Assembly: GCA_037446635.1 (NCBI GenBank) | Contig: JBBIIG010000010.1 | Location: 1 to 64,000 of the forward strand | DNA from: a bacterium | GTDB lineage: Bacteria > Zhuqueibacterota > Zhuqueibacteria > Oceanimicrobiales > Oceanimicrobiaceae | Length of the DNA stretch: 64,000 nt | Reading direction: 5' to 3' | Shown here: one piece after another, positions 47,604-57,568 of the stretch | Layout of the letters: each line of letters begins with the position of its first letter | How positions within the stretch are numbered: the first letter of the stretch is position 1 | Notes under the pieces: model-generated | What the model was told of the DNA's origin: nothing | The model's database searches: none | The model's input: the letters and a program-made list of their open reading frames with translations, nothing else | Program-made: the position numbers and the translations under genes

Positions 47604-49319
47604 TTATTTCGTGAGCAACATCGTGCGCTTTTCTACCAGCGCCGGGTTGCTGGTGCTCAGCACGTAAACGTACATTCCACTCGACAATTGCGCGCCATCG
47701 AACTCCACTTGATATTGCCCTGGAATTAATGTTTGATTCACCAGAGTCGCGATTTCTTGTCCCAGCATATTGTAAACTTTTAACGACGTTTGCGTCATCG
47801 CTGGTATCGTAAATTCAATAGTGGTGGTGGGATTGAAGGGGTTGGGGTAATTTTGCGCCAGCGAAAAGCTCGTCAAGCCGGTCGTTAAATTAATTTCTAC
47901 AACTTTCGAATATTCGAAAGCGCCGTCGAGGTCCAATTGTTTGAGGCGGTAGCTCACCGTCGTGGCGCCGGCCAAAGCGCGGACGTTGTCTCTAAAAGAA
48001 TAGCTTTTGGGTTCGGTCGTCGTGCCGTGTCCTTTCACAAAGCCGATTTTTTCCCACGCGCTCGTGGCGGTGTTCGACGAAGTGAGCCGCTCGATATCGA
48101 ATCCGAAGTTGTTGGTTTCGGTGGCGGTCGCCCAGGTGAGCTCAATTTCGTTTGCGATTAGTTTTGCATTAAACGCAACCAGTTCCACGGGCACGGTGCC
48201 GCTCAAGGCCGTCCAGTGTGCAAAGTGGTTGGAGACGTTGCCGCCGGCGCTGGTGAAACTGCCGCCGAGATAGAGGTTGTCGTTAGTGGCAGCGCTGGCA
48301 AACACGATGCCGCCGGTGATGCCGCTGCCCAACGCCGACCATTCGCTGCCGTTCCATTTGGCGATGTTTGCGGCGCTGACGCTGCCGGCGGTGGAGAAGC
48401 TGCCGGCGGCGTATAAATCACTGCCGATCAGCGCGAGGGTGTTGACGTCGCCGCTGCCGATGCCGTCGCCCAGGGCTGACCAGACGCTGCCGTTCCATTT
48501 GGCGATCTTCTTCGCGCTTTGTCCGCCGGCCGTGGTAAAGGTTCCGCCAACAAAAAGATTCGCGCCGCTGAGCTGCAGGGCGTTGACCGCGCCCAACGTC
48601 ACGCCGCCGCCGAGCGTGGCCCAGGTTTCGTTGGTGGTATTCCAGGCGGCGATGTTGTTGGCGCTGGCGCCTCCAGCCATCGTGAAGCTGCCGCCAATGT
48701 AGAGCAAGTTATCTTTTGTAGTCATGGCGTAGGCCGGCCCGTTTAAACCGTTGGCGCCGCCGCTGCCCAAAGTTGACCAGGCGCTGCCGTTCCATTTGGC
48801 GACGTAGTTGGCGGAAAGGCCGCCGGCGGTGGTGAATACGCCGCCAACAAAAACATCGCTGCCGCTGCCAACGATGGCGCGCACGTCGCCGCCGCTGACG
48901 CCGCTGCCCAGCGCCGACCAGGCGCCGCCATCCCATTTGGCGATGTTGCTGACGCTGACTTCGCCGGCCTGGGTAAAGCTGCCGCCCACGTAAATTTCCC
49001 CGTTGATCACCGCAATGGCCAGCACCGTGCCGTTGACGCCGTTGTTGGCGCCGCTTCCCACCGTTGCCCAACTATTGCCATCCCATTGGGCGATGTTGTT
49101 GGCAGCGACTCCGCCAACATCGGTGAACGTTCCGCCAACGTAGAACACGCCGGCGTCATAAGCGAGGGCCAGCACCGTGCCGTTCACTCCCAAAGCGTCG
49201 AAGCGATCGTCCCAATAAATATCATCGGGGTCGCTCGGCGCGGCCAGCAAAAAAAGTGGCGACAGAAGTAGCGTTAAGGCCGCCGCCCAAAATTGCCGAA
49301 TCATTTTGAATCCGTTCAT
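47604..49319 (-). CDS. Secreted Gly-rich repeat beta-propeller protein with T9SS-type C-terminal domain
   Basis: About 7 repeats of YVGG.FT.AGG..A.NIAKW.G..WS.LG.G; VPVELVAF..ETNNFGF; AQNYPNPFNP. Confidence 0.85.
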   Translation of the reverse strand: MNGFKMIRQFWAAALTLLLSPLFLLAAPSDPDDIYWDDRFDALGVNGTVLALAYDAGVFYVGGTFTDVGGVAANNIAQWDGNSWATVGSGANNGVNGTVLAIAVINGEIYVGGSFTQAGEVSVSNIAKWDGGAWSALGSGVSGGDVRAIVGSGSDVFVGGVFTTAGGLSANYVAKWNGSAWSTLGSGGANGLNGPAYAMTTKDNLLYIGGSFTMAGGASANNIAAWNTTNETWATLGGGVTLGAVNALQLSGANLFVGGTFTTAGGQSAKKIAKWNGSVWSALGDGIGSGDVNTLALIGSDLYAAGSFSTAGSVSAANIAKWNGSEWSALGSGITGGIVFASAATNDNLYLGGSFTSAGGNVSNHFAHWTALSGTVPVELVAFNAKLIANEIELTWATATETNNFGFDIERLTSSNTATSAWEKIGFVKGHGTTTEPKSYSFRDNVRALAGATTVSYRLKQLDLDGAFEYSKVVEINLTTGLTSFSLAQNYPNPFNPTTTIEFTIPAMTQTSLKVYNMLGQEIATLVNQTLIPGQYQVEFDGAQLSSGMYVYVLSTSNPALVEKRTMLLTK

Positions 49320-49353
49320 AATTTGTTCTCCATCAATTTGGTTTGAGTTATTA

Positions 49354-49544
49354 CTGGACTATTGTAAAAAACTCAGATCGCCTGATGATGAATCATCAGG
49401 CTAATTTGCTGAAGTCGATTGAAATCGACTAAAGACAGCAACAGCTTAATTTATTAAGCTTAAGCTATTAGCTTGGAAATTCATTTCCAAGCGGTCTTTC
49501 ATTGACAGAAGCCATCTCCTCTAAGGGTTTTTTCAATAGTCCAG
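49354..49544. mobile_element. 191-bp MITE with CTGGACTATTG.. terminal inverted repeats and TTATTA duplication
   Basis: CTGGACTATTGTAAAAAAC / GTTTTTTCAATAGTCCAG flanked by TTATTA on both sides; four internal palindromes. Confidence 0.75.
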
Positions 49545-49657
49545 TTATTACTAATTAAATCGGAGATTCTTCTACTATTCTTGAATTGAAAATTATGATT
49601 GCGCTAATATTTTAGGCGATCCCTGACGATGATAATTTTTGGAATCAGTGGAGAATC

Positions 49658-50080
49658 GTGTTGCCTAAAATATTTTTATCATGCAAGCGCCTGCTGGGCG
49701 ATTGCCGGGGCATAACGTTGATCGAAGTTATTCTGATCGTCGTCATTTTGGCCATTGCCGCGCCGACCCTCATGTCGTTGATGTCTTCGACTTTGTTCAA
49801 CAGCAGCAAGTCGGCGATATTGTCGCAGGCTACTATTTTCGCTCAGGAAAAAATGGAAGAAATCCTCGCTGACAAAAAAAGCGCGACGCGCGGATTCGGC
49901 TACATCACCATTCCGGGAACCTACCCGAGCGATTCGCCGGCCGAGGGATTCACCCGTACGGTCTCGGTGCAAACCAGCGGCATGAGCTACAACGGAATTC
50001 CGTATGCCGATGTGCAAGTGACGGTGTCGCACAGTCAAATTTCAAATGTTACGTTGCGCACCTGGTTGACGGATTATTGA
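49658..50080 (+). CDS. Minor pilin (PilV/GspI-like)
   Basis: RG^ITLIE; AQEKMEEI. Confidence 0.85.
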   Translation: MLPKIFLSCKRLLGDCRGITLIEVILIVVILAIAAPTLMSLMSSTLFNSSKSAILSQATIFAQEKMEEILADKKSATRGFGYITIPGTYPSDSPAEGFTRTVSVQTSGMSYNGIPYADVQVTVSHSQISNVTLRTWLTDY

Positions 50081-50081
50081 T

Positions 50082-51068
50082 ATGAAAAGCAAAAAATTTT
50101 GGAACGCCGAATTCTTCTCCCCCAAATTCTGCTCTTTGAATTTGGGGGAGGCCAGGAGGGGGTCTAAAAGCGAGTTGGGAGGAATTTCCATCGCTTTTGT
50201 TTTTTTCGTTATCTTGATGTTCACCATTTTGGGAACGGTGGCGTTTTCGATCATGAAAGTGGACAGCGAATTTTCTTTGAAATACGTGCAGGGCCTGCAG
50301 GCGCAATACATTTCGGAGGCCGGCATCGAATACGGTTTGAAACGGCTGTTCGACGGCGGCGATTTGTCGGCCTCAGAAACGGTGAGTGTGCCGGGGGGTA
50401 GCTTCACCCTGCAGAGCACAAGCCAGGACACGATGATTATCGTTACTTCCACGGGTGAGGTGGGGTCCGCGCGCAAAACCATCCGCGTGCGCGTGCGTTA
50501 CCGGCCGCCCATCGGCGATTATGCCATCTTCTCAACTGGCGATATCGAAAACGTCAACTCGCTGGATGAAAACGGTGATCCGGATCCGACGTTGATGGTG
50601 GAAAACGCGCCAGCCATGCCCGAGATCGACGATCAGTCTTTATTGGATATGGCCGCCGCCCAGGGAAATGTCAAAACTGCCAGCACCTTTGAGCCGGCGC
50701 ACGGCTATCCCAATTTTAACTTTTACCTTTCTGGCACCACGCCGAACGTTACCCACTGTACCGGCAACATGCGCGTGCGCGGCGGCCGCACGGTTTACGG
50801 CATCTTCGTCGTCGAAGGCAATATTACTCTCGACGGCTCAGCGCGCGTGGTGGGCGTGCTTTATATGATCAACCACGGGCACGTTGTCATTCACGGCGGC
50901 GGCAGCCCGTCGGAAAGCTCGGTCACTGGCGGCATCGTCGCCAACGGCGATATCGATGGCACGGGCAACCACATTACGGTCTATTACAATTCGGAATACA
51001 TGGGTTTGTTCGGAACGTTCGAAACCGGCCAGCAGCCGGTGCGGGTTATTTCGTGGGAGATGCTTTAA
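50082..51068 (+). CDS. PilX/GspK-like minor pilin
   Basis: G^ISIAFV lacking E5; QAQYISEAGIEYG; VTSTGEVG; ends VISWEML. Confidence 0.8.
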   Translation: MKSKKFWNAEFFSPKFCSLNLGEARRGSKSELGGISIAFVFFVILMFTILGTVAFSIMKVDSEFSLKYVQGLQAQYISEAGIEYGLKRLFDGGDLSASETVSVPGGSFTLQSTSQDTMIIVTSTGEVGSARKTIRVRVRYRPPIGDYAIFSTGDIENVNSLDENGDPDPTLMVENAPAMPEIDDQSLLDMAAAQGNVKTASTFEPAHGYPNFNFYLSGTTPNVTHCTGNMRVRGGRTVYGIFVVEGNITLDGSARVVGVLYMINHGHVVIHGGGSPSESSVTGGIVANGDIDGTGNHITVYYNSEYMGLFGTFETGQQPVRVISWEML

Positions 51069-51173
51069 TCGGGATGTCCACCGGAGGCTCGATTCTATTT
51101 TTTAATAAATGAATTTATCAACTGTGCCGATAAGATCTTGTAAATCGTTATTTATTTTTTAGGAAATTAAATT

Positions 51174-53864
51174 ATGCCAAGGAAGTCAATTCGTTTTTTG
51201 ACGTATTTGTTCGCCGTGGGATTAGCCACGCTGGTGTGCACGAAAACTCCGCCGCTGGCGCCAACGCCAAGCAACCAAAGCAACGCCGTGGTCTTGATTA
51301 GTTTCCAGAGTGTCCCGAACACCGTCGCGCCCGGCGGCCTTGCGGTAATTCAAGGCAGGTGGGTGAACCCGGTCGGCGACGCCATCGCCAATTTGCCGGT
51401 GCAGTTTTCCACCAACCTCGGCGCGATTGTCCCCGCGGCGACGACCACCAACGCGCAGGGCATCGCCACGGCGCAATTCACTGCGCCGCAGCAGACCGGC
51501 GTCGCGTCGATCACGGTTTCATTTGACTCGACGCAAACGCGCACCCTCACGGTTGAAATCAAAACGTCTTCACAAACAATTACGTTGACGCCGGAACAAA
51601 ACGCCCTTTTGGGAAACGGCGTCAGTTCCACGCGCATTTTTTCGCGCTGGCTGAAAGACGGCAAGCCGCTGGCCGCCGCGCCAGTTACGTTTGAAACCAC
51701 CAGCGGCGCGCTTTCCGCCGACGCCCTCACCGATTCCTCCGGCGAGGCCACGGCGACTTTGACCTCCGCCGCCACCGCCGTGGACGTGATGGCGCAGATC
51801 ACCGCGCGCGCCGCCGGCGAGGAGGCCGTCGCGCAGGTTCTGTTCAAAGGCGTCAGTTTTGAGATGAGCGCCTCGCCGGTCAGCATCATCGCCGACGGCC
51901 GCAGCACCTCCACCATCACAGTTATTTTAAAAGAATCCACCAGCAAAGTGGCCATCGCCGGCGAAACCGTGATTTTCGGGACCGACCTGGGCACCATCCC
52001 CAACGCCGGCGTCAGCAATTCCAGCGGCATCGCTCGCGCCGAGTTGACCAGCTCCACCCAAACCGGCGTGGCCAGCGTGATCGCGATCTACGGCCAAACC
52101 TTTCGCGACACGGTGCAGGTAGCGTTTAGCCAATCGCAGCCGGCTTTTCTACATGTCTCCGCCGACCCCGCTGTGATTTTTGCCGATAATCAAAGCACTT
52201 CAAAAATAAAAGCAGTGGTTTCAGATCAAAACAACAACGCCGTGCCCGACGGCACGCCGGTGAATTTTGAAATCATCGACGGCAGCGGCAGCATCGAATC
52301 CAACAAAATTACGACTGCCGGTGTGGCCACCAGCACGCTGACCAGCAGCACGAAGCCCGACACCGTGACCATCGTCGTTCGCGTCGGCCAACTGACGGAC
52401 ACCACGACGGTGCGCTACATCGTGGGCGAAGTGAAAACGGTTTCGCTCACCGCCGATTCCAGCTCGCTGCCCGCCGACGGCATCACCAGCGCCACGGTGA
52501 CGGCATACGTTTATGACGCGGTGGGGCACCCGGTTTTGGATGGCACGCGCGTCTCTTTCACCACCGACATCGGCAACATCACGCCGTCGGCGCAAACCGT
52601 GAATGGCCAGGCGTCGGCGCAATTCAGCAGCAACGTCACCGGCGTTGCCACCATTCGCGCGGCCGTGGGCAGCATCTTTGATGAAATCAATATTCAGCTT
52701 CGGCCGGGGCCGCCCAACAGCATTTTGTTGTCTTACAATCCCAACACGCTGGGCGTGAAAGATTCCGGCCGCAACCAATCGCTGATGGTTACCGCTTTGG
52801 TGGTGGACAGCAAAAACAATCCGGTGAGCGACGGCACGTACGTGGCGTTTTCACTGTTTTCGTCTCCGGGCGGCGGCGAGTTTTTGAGCAGCACCGCGCC
52901 GGTTCCGACGTTGAATGGCAAGGCGCAAGTTTCGCTGAACAGCGGCATCCGTTCCGGCAGCGTGCGGATTTTGGCGCGGGTTACCGACGCGCAGGGCGTG
53001 CCGATTGCGCCGGAAGTGCGCTCAGTTTCCACGGAGATTATCATTTTTGCCGGGCCGCCGTTTATCGAAAATATCAACGACCGCGCCACCAGCCACCTTT
53101 CGGTGGGGGCGCGCCCCCTCAACGTTTACGGCTGGAACGTGGTGAACAACACCGCAACCGTGGTGGCGTTGGTTGGAGATAAATACAACAACCCGGTGCC
53201 GCCCGGAACCGCGGTGTACTTCACCACCACCGGCGGGGTAATTTCCACGCACACCGGTTTCACCGACGACGAGGGCGTGGCCACGGTGACCATCCGCACC
53301 GGACAACCGTACCCGACGATTGCGCGATATTACAACACGTTTTTCGATCCCAACTTTCCGGGGAATGTGATTCCGGGGCCGATTCCGGATTTTGAAAACG
53401 GGGAGGTTTTAAACTCCGTGGGAGATACGATCGAGAACGACGGCATCGTGCGGATTTTGGCGGAGACCGAGGGGGTGGATAGCAACGGCAATCCGGCGCG
53501 CGTGTGGTCGGTGACCGATTTGGTGTTCTCCGGCAGCATCGCGGTTTTTGAGGTGACGGCCTCGGCGACCGATTTGAGTCCGGGCCAATCCGCCAACATT
53601 GACTTTAAAATTTACGACGAAAACGGCAACCCGATTGTGGCGGGTTCGGAGATTTCCGTGCAGGTCTCCGCTGGCGCTTTGTCGTGGACCACGTTGACGA
53701 CCAGCGACCCCGGCGTCACCCATTACCGGGTGGTGCTGACGAACGATCTCGATCCCGGCGATCCCAACGCGCGGGAAACCGCCACGCCGGTGACCATCGT
53801 GGTCAACAGCCCGAACGGCAACGCCATTCAATCGTCATCAACCATCAACTTAAGATTAAATTAG
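51174..53864 (+). CDS. Lipoprotein with multiple Big-1 (invasin/intimin-type) Ig domains
   Basis: Lipobox-like TLVC; repeated ADG.S.STIT..D..N.V.DGT.V.F.T..G...T..G.A motifs. Confidence 0.8.
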   Translation: MPRKSIRFLTYLFAVGLATLVCTKTPPLAPTPSNQSNAVVLISFQSVPNTVAPGGLAVIQGRWVNPVGDAIANLPVQFSTNLGAIVPAATTTNAQGIATAQFTAPQQTGVASITVSFDSTQTRTLTVEIKTSSQTITLTPEQNALLGNGVSSTRIFSRWLKDGKPLAAAPVTFETTSGALSADALTDSSGEATATLTSAATAVDVMAQITARAAGEEAVAQVLFKGVSFEMSASPVSIIADGRSTSTITVILKESTSKVAIAGETVIFGTDLGTIPNAGVSNSSGIARAELTSSTQTGVASVIAIYGQTFRDTVQVAFSQSQPAFLHVSADPAVIFADNQSTSKIKAVVSDQNNNAVPDGTPVNFEIIDGSGSIESNKITTAGVATSTLTSSTKPDTVTIVVRVGQLTDTTTVRYIVGEVKTVSLTADSSSLPADGITSATVTAYVYDAVGHPVLDGTRVSFTTDIGNITPSAQTVNGQASAQFSSNVTGVATIRAAVGSIFDEINIQLRPGPPNSILLSYNPNTLGVKDSGRNQSLMVTALVVDSKNNPVSDGTYVAFSLFSSPGGGEFLSSTAPVPTLNGKAQVSLNSGIRSGSVRILARVTDAQGVPIAPEVRSVSTEIIIFAGPPFIENINDRATSHLSVGARPLNVYGWNVVNNTATVVALVGDKYNNPVPPGTAVYFTTTGGVISTHTGFTDDEGVATVTIRTGQPYPTIARYYNTFFDPNFPGNVIPGPIPDFENGEVLNSVGDTIENDGIVRILAETEGVDSNGNPARVWSVTDLVFSGSIAVFEVTASATDLSPGQSANIDFKIYDENGNPIVAGSEISVQVSAGALSWTTLTTSDPGVTHYRVVLTNDLDPGDPNARETATPVTIVVNSPNGNAIQSSSTINLRLN

Positions 53865-53873
53865 GGACGAACC

Positions 53874-54644
53874 GTGAAAACATCGACGTTTATTTTTTTG
53901 AGCTGCTTTTTCGTGATGGGCGTTCAGCGGCTGGCCGCGCAGCCCATCGGCGGCCCGGCGCTCAGCAACAGCCATCGCGAATTCACGCTGAGCTTCAGCG
54001 GCGGGTACGTTAAGAAAGAAATTTTTGGCGTGGAAAATCAATCGACGCGATTTTTGGCCAAAGGAATTTTGGGCTTTGCCAACCATTTTGATATTTTTCT
54101 CGAGATTGGCGCCGCCAACCTCGCGCTGGAACTTTCGGGCGACGCGCCGCTGAATTTGGAAGACAAATACCGCCTCGCGTTGGGCGGCGGGTTCACCCTT
54201 CGCTATTTGCGAATTCAACCAGTGCGGACGTCGTTTTTTTTGAAGGGACAAATCTTTCGCACCACCAGCGAACCCTCGGCGCGAACGACCACGATGTTGG
54301 CCGGGCTGCCGGTCACCCAATTGCTGGTTTTGAAATACGATTGGCGCGAAGCCGTCTTCAGCAGCGGTTTTGTGAAAGAAATCGGCGTGATGAATTTTTT
54401 CGCCGGCGCGCGCGGCAGCCTCACGCAGCGGCTGGAAACTAAAATTTCCTCCACTGGCATTGCTGGCGATTCTGGTTCGGAGATTCGCGAAACCGGCGAA
54501 TACCGCAGCGGCTTCGAGACCCAACCTTTTTTAGGTGTTGAATTCAAACTTCCGGCGCGCTATCTTTTCAGTTGTGAGATCAGCGGCCGCAGCGCCTCCG
54601 ATTTTGCTTTTTATATTGGCATTAGCCAGACGGGCAGGCCGTAA
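53874..54644 (+). CDS. Exported protein, probable outer-membrane beta-barrel
   Basis: Signal peptide; alternating amphipathic strands. Confidence 0.55.
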   Translation: MKTSTFIFLSCFFVMGVQRLAAQPIGGPALSNSHREFTLSFSGGYVKKEIFGVENQSTRFLAKGILGFANHFDIFLEIGAANLALELSGDAPLNLEDKYRLALGGGFTLRYLRIQPVRTSFFLKGQIFRTTSEPSARTTTMLAGLPVTQLLVLKYDWREAVFSSGFVKEIGVMNFFAGARGSLTQRLETKISSTGIAGDSGSEIRETGEYRSGFETQPFLGVEFKLPARYLFSCEISGRSASDFAFYIGISQTGRP

Positions 54645-54849
54645 ATATTTGGATGGTTAAGGGCGAGGGAGCATAGAGCACTTGAAAACTCAAATGTCGA
54701 ATGTGGGAGGCATAATATTTGCAAAATTTACCGCCGTCTTTTTTCTTCTCGCTTGTTTTTCTGCAAAGCCGTAATATCAATTTGTAATAGTGCGACTTCG
54801 ACGCCAAATCAAAATTTTCTGAATGATCGAAACTAAGCGCTAAATAATT

Positions 54850-55788
54850 ATGCAGCTTAAGAAATCAAGAAAGTACGACAAAATTCGCTTGATCTTTTTT
54901 TCGCCGTCAGAATCCGAAATCCGCCAGTTTGAATTCAATCTTCAGCGGCTGATTTCCATGACGCTTATTACCGCCGCTGTTTTCGGGGGAATTTTTGTGG
55001 GGTCTGTTGCAATTTGCGACAGGCTGTTTCAAAGTAATACGAGCCAGGCCTTGGCAAAACGCAACGAGTTTTTAAAAGTACAGGTTTCGAAGCTGAATAG
55101 CAGTATCGAAAAAATGAATTCAAAGTTACTGGTAATGGAAGACGAGACCGAAGACATGGAGGTGTTGGCCGGCCTGACCGCAACAACTACGGATAGCCAA
55201 CTGGCCGCCGACTTTTCCGCCAATCAAAATGAAATGGTGATGGCCTCATTTCCAATCTATAAAAACGCTGCGAAGCTGAATGTCGCCGACCACCTCGACG
55301 AGCTCGAGGCCCGAATCGAACAGGCGATGAACATTCAAAGTTTGATCGACGAGCACTACCTGCAGCCGCAGATGGGTATCAAATACATTCCCTCGATTCG
55401 GCCGGTTGAAGGCGGCCGCATCACCGACAAATTTGGCAACCGTAAAGATCCGTTTGTCGAACGCGTCAAGCATCACCGCGGCATCGATCTTTCCGCGCGC
55501 TACGGCACAACCGTTTATGCGGTTGCGGCCGGCGTCGTGGAGTTCACCCGCGTCAAATATCGCATGAACGCCGGCTACGGTCGCGTGGTGATTATCAACC
55601 ACGGCAACGGCTACAAAACATTGTACGGCCATCTCGCCAGCGTGAACGTGACGCGCGGACAAAAAGTGGAGCGCTGGGATATCATCGGAAAGTCCGGCGA
55701 TTCCGGCCGCGCCACTGGCCCGCATCTGCACTACGAAGTCTGGCGCAATGGCCGGCCGCAGAACCCGGAGAATTACATTCTCAACTAA
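54850..55788 (+). CDS. M23 family peptidoglycan endopeptidase
   Basis: TM helix, coiled coil, HRGID, YGHL, TGPHLHYEV. Confidence 0.92.
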   Translation: MQLKKSRKYDKIRLIFFSPSESEIRQFEFNLQRLISMTLITAAVFGGIFVGSVAICDRLFQSNTSQALAKRNEFLKVQVSKLNSSIEKMNSKLLVMEDETEDMEVLAGLTATTTDSQLAADFSANQNEMVMASFPIYKNAAKLNVADHLDELEARIEQAMNIQSLIDEHYLQPQMGIKYIPSIRPVEGGRITDKFGNRKDPFVERVKHHRGIDLSARYGTTVYAVAAGVVEFTRVKYRMNAGYGRVVIINHGNGYKTLYGHLASVNVTRGQKVERWDIIGKSGDSGRATGPHLHYEVWRNGRPQNPENYILN

Positions 55789-55809
55789 TTTTTCCCGCCG
55801 ATATTTTTC

Positions 55810-55926
55810 TTGACTCTCAACAAAAAATTGTGTATTATTGCACCCGAAATTTTCACCTGAGGAGCGGTGGCAAGTAGCTTCGATTTTTAAATTCGCCTTC
55901 TCGATCATCTCGCGGAAGGCTTTTTT
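55810..55926 (+). promoter_or_regulatory. Sigma-70 promoter and probable PyrR-controlled attenuator leader
   Basis: TTGACT-N17-TATTAT; hairpin CACC-TGAGGAGC-GGTG; terminator GCCTTC..GAAGGC-T6 just before the pyrR ATG. Confidence 0.6.
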
Positions 55927-55935
55927 ATATTTCTC

Positions 55936-56490
55936 ATGCCCGAAACCAAAGCAATTCCAATATTCGACGCCGAAGCTCTCAACCGCACCATCGCCCGCTT
56001 GGCGTATGAAATTGTCGAGCGCAATCGCGGCGTTGACAATCTGGTGGTTCTGGGAATTCAAACTCGCGGTGTGCCCATTGCGCGGCGCATCATCGCCAAG
56101 ATCAAGGAAATCGAAAATAAGGTTTTGCCGTTGGGCATTCTTGATGTCACCATGTATCGTGACGATGTCTTTAAAAAGATCAAACAACCGGTGGTGCAGC
56201 CGACGGAAATCAACTTTGAAATTCATGGCAAGGTGGTGATCCTCGTGGACGATGTTTTATACACGGGACGAACCGTTCGCGCCGCGCTGGATGCAATTAT
56301 TGACTTCGGCCGCCCTGCAAAAATTCAATTAGCGGTTTTGGTGGATCGCGGCCATCGCGAGCTGCCCATTCGCGCGGATTATGTCGGCGAAATCGTCGCC
56401 ACCGAAATCGATGACGAGGTGATCGTCAACGTCGCCGAAGTAGATGGCCGGGACGGCGTGTTTTTGGTTAAAGCTGCGAAGGAAAGATAG
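55936..56490 (+). CDS. pyrR: Pyrimidine operon regulator / uracil phosphoribosyltransferase
   Basis: GIQTRG, LDVTMYRDD, VDDVLYTGRT, DRGHRELPIRADYVG. Confidence 0.96.
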   Translation: MPETKAIPIFDAEALNRTIARLAYEIVERNRGVDNLVVLGIQTRGVPIARRIIAKIKEIENKVLPLGILDVTMYRDDVFKKIKQPVVQPTEINFEIHGKVVILVDDVLYTGRTVRAALDAIIDFGRPAKIQLAVLVDRGHRELPIRADYVGEIVATEIDDEVIVNVAEVDGRDGVFLVKAAKER

Positions 56491-57441
56491 TTGGAATTCA
56501 ACCGCAAACATCTATTAGAACTCAAAGGGTTGACACGCGAAGAGATCACATTTATTTTAGACACCGCCGAATCGTTCAAGGAAGTCCTGAAGCGCCCCAT
56601 ACCGAAAGTTCCCACCCTGCGCGGCAAAACCGTCGTTAATTTATTTTTTGAGCCCTCCACCCGAACGCGCATTTCGTTTGAGTTAGCGGAAAAGCGCCTC
56701 TCCGCCGACGCGGTTAATTTCACCGCCGCGACCTCTTCGGTGCTAAAAGGCGAGACGTTGCGTGACACGGCCCGCAACATCGAGGCTATGAACATCGACA
56801 TGGTGGTGATCCGCCACAGCGCTGCCGGCGCGCCGCACTTTTTGACCCAGTGCGTGAAGGCCTCGATCATCAACGCCGGCGACGGCCAGCACGAGCACCC
56901 CACCCAGGGTTTGCTGGATATCATGACGCTGCGCGAAAAGTTCGGAAAGCTGGAGGGGTTGAAGGTCGCCATCATCGGCGACATCGCCCACAGTCGGGTG
57001 GCGCGCTCGAATATTTATGGTCTGCAAACGATGGGCGCAGAAGTGGCGCTCTGCGGCCCGCCAACTCTCATACCCGTTGAAGCCGAACAGTGGCGGGCGG
57101 AGATTTTTTATAATTTAGATCAAGCCTTGCAATGGGCCGACGCCCTAAACGTGTTGCGTCTTCAATTGGAGCGCCAACAAAAGGGCCTTTTTCCTTCGAT
57201 TCGGGAATATCATAAAATGTACGGCATCACCCGCCGGCGTTTGGAGAAAGCGAAGAAGGAGATCACGATTTTGCACCCGGGGCCCATCAACCGCGGGGTG
57301 GAAATCGAAAGCGAAATGGCCGACAGCGAGTTTTCTTTGATTCTCGATCAGGTCACCAACGGCGTCGCCGTGCGCATGGCCGTGCTCTATTTGCTCAGCG
57401 GCGGCAAAGGCGTTGATAGTTTGGATGAATCACAAAATTAA
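56491..57441 (+). CDS. pyrB: Aspartate carbamoyltransferase
   Basis: [25 protein letters not shown] start. Confidence 0.97.
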   Translation: MEFNRKHLLELKGLTREEITFILDTAESFKEVLKRPIPKVPTLRGKTVVNLFFEPSTRTRISFELAEKRLSADAVNFTAATSSVLKGETLRDTARNIEAMNIDMVVIRHSAAGAPHFLTQCVKASIINAGDGQHEHPTQGLLDIMTLREKFGKLEGLKVAIIGDIAHSRVARSNIYGLQTMGAEVALCGPPTLIPVEAEQWRAEIFYNLDQALQWADALNVLRLQLERQQKGLFPSIREYHKMYGITRRRLEKAKKEITILHPGPINRGVEIESEMADSEFSLILDQVTNGVAVRMAVLYLLSGGKGVDSLDESQN

Positions 57442-57473
57442 AAATTCAACGCGGAAAGTATTCAACAACGATG

Positions 57474-57543
57474 AACACCGACGATTACTGAAATTTTCAA
57501 AAAATGGCTGTGGTCATCAACTAACTTCGGTGATTTCAGTGTT
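57474..57543. repeat. Imperfect inverted repeat (REP-like); related half-copy at 15637-15656
   Basis: AACACCGACGATTACTGAAATT / AACTTCGGTGATTTCAGTGTT. Confidence 0.5.
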
Positions 57544-57568
57544 TAATTTTTAAAAATTCAAAAGCCGG

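Noticed and set aside
56488..56493. pyrR-pyrB in-frame TAG read-through fusion
   Set aside because: TTG directly after the stop has a plausible RBS (AAGGA); ordinary translational coupling explains it
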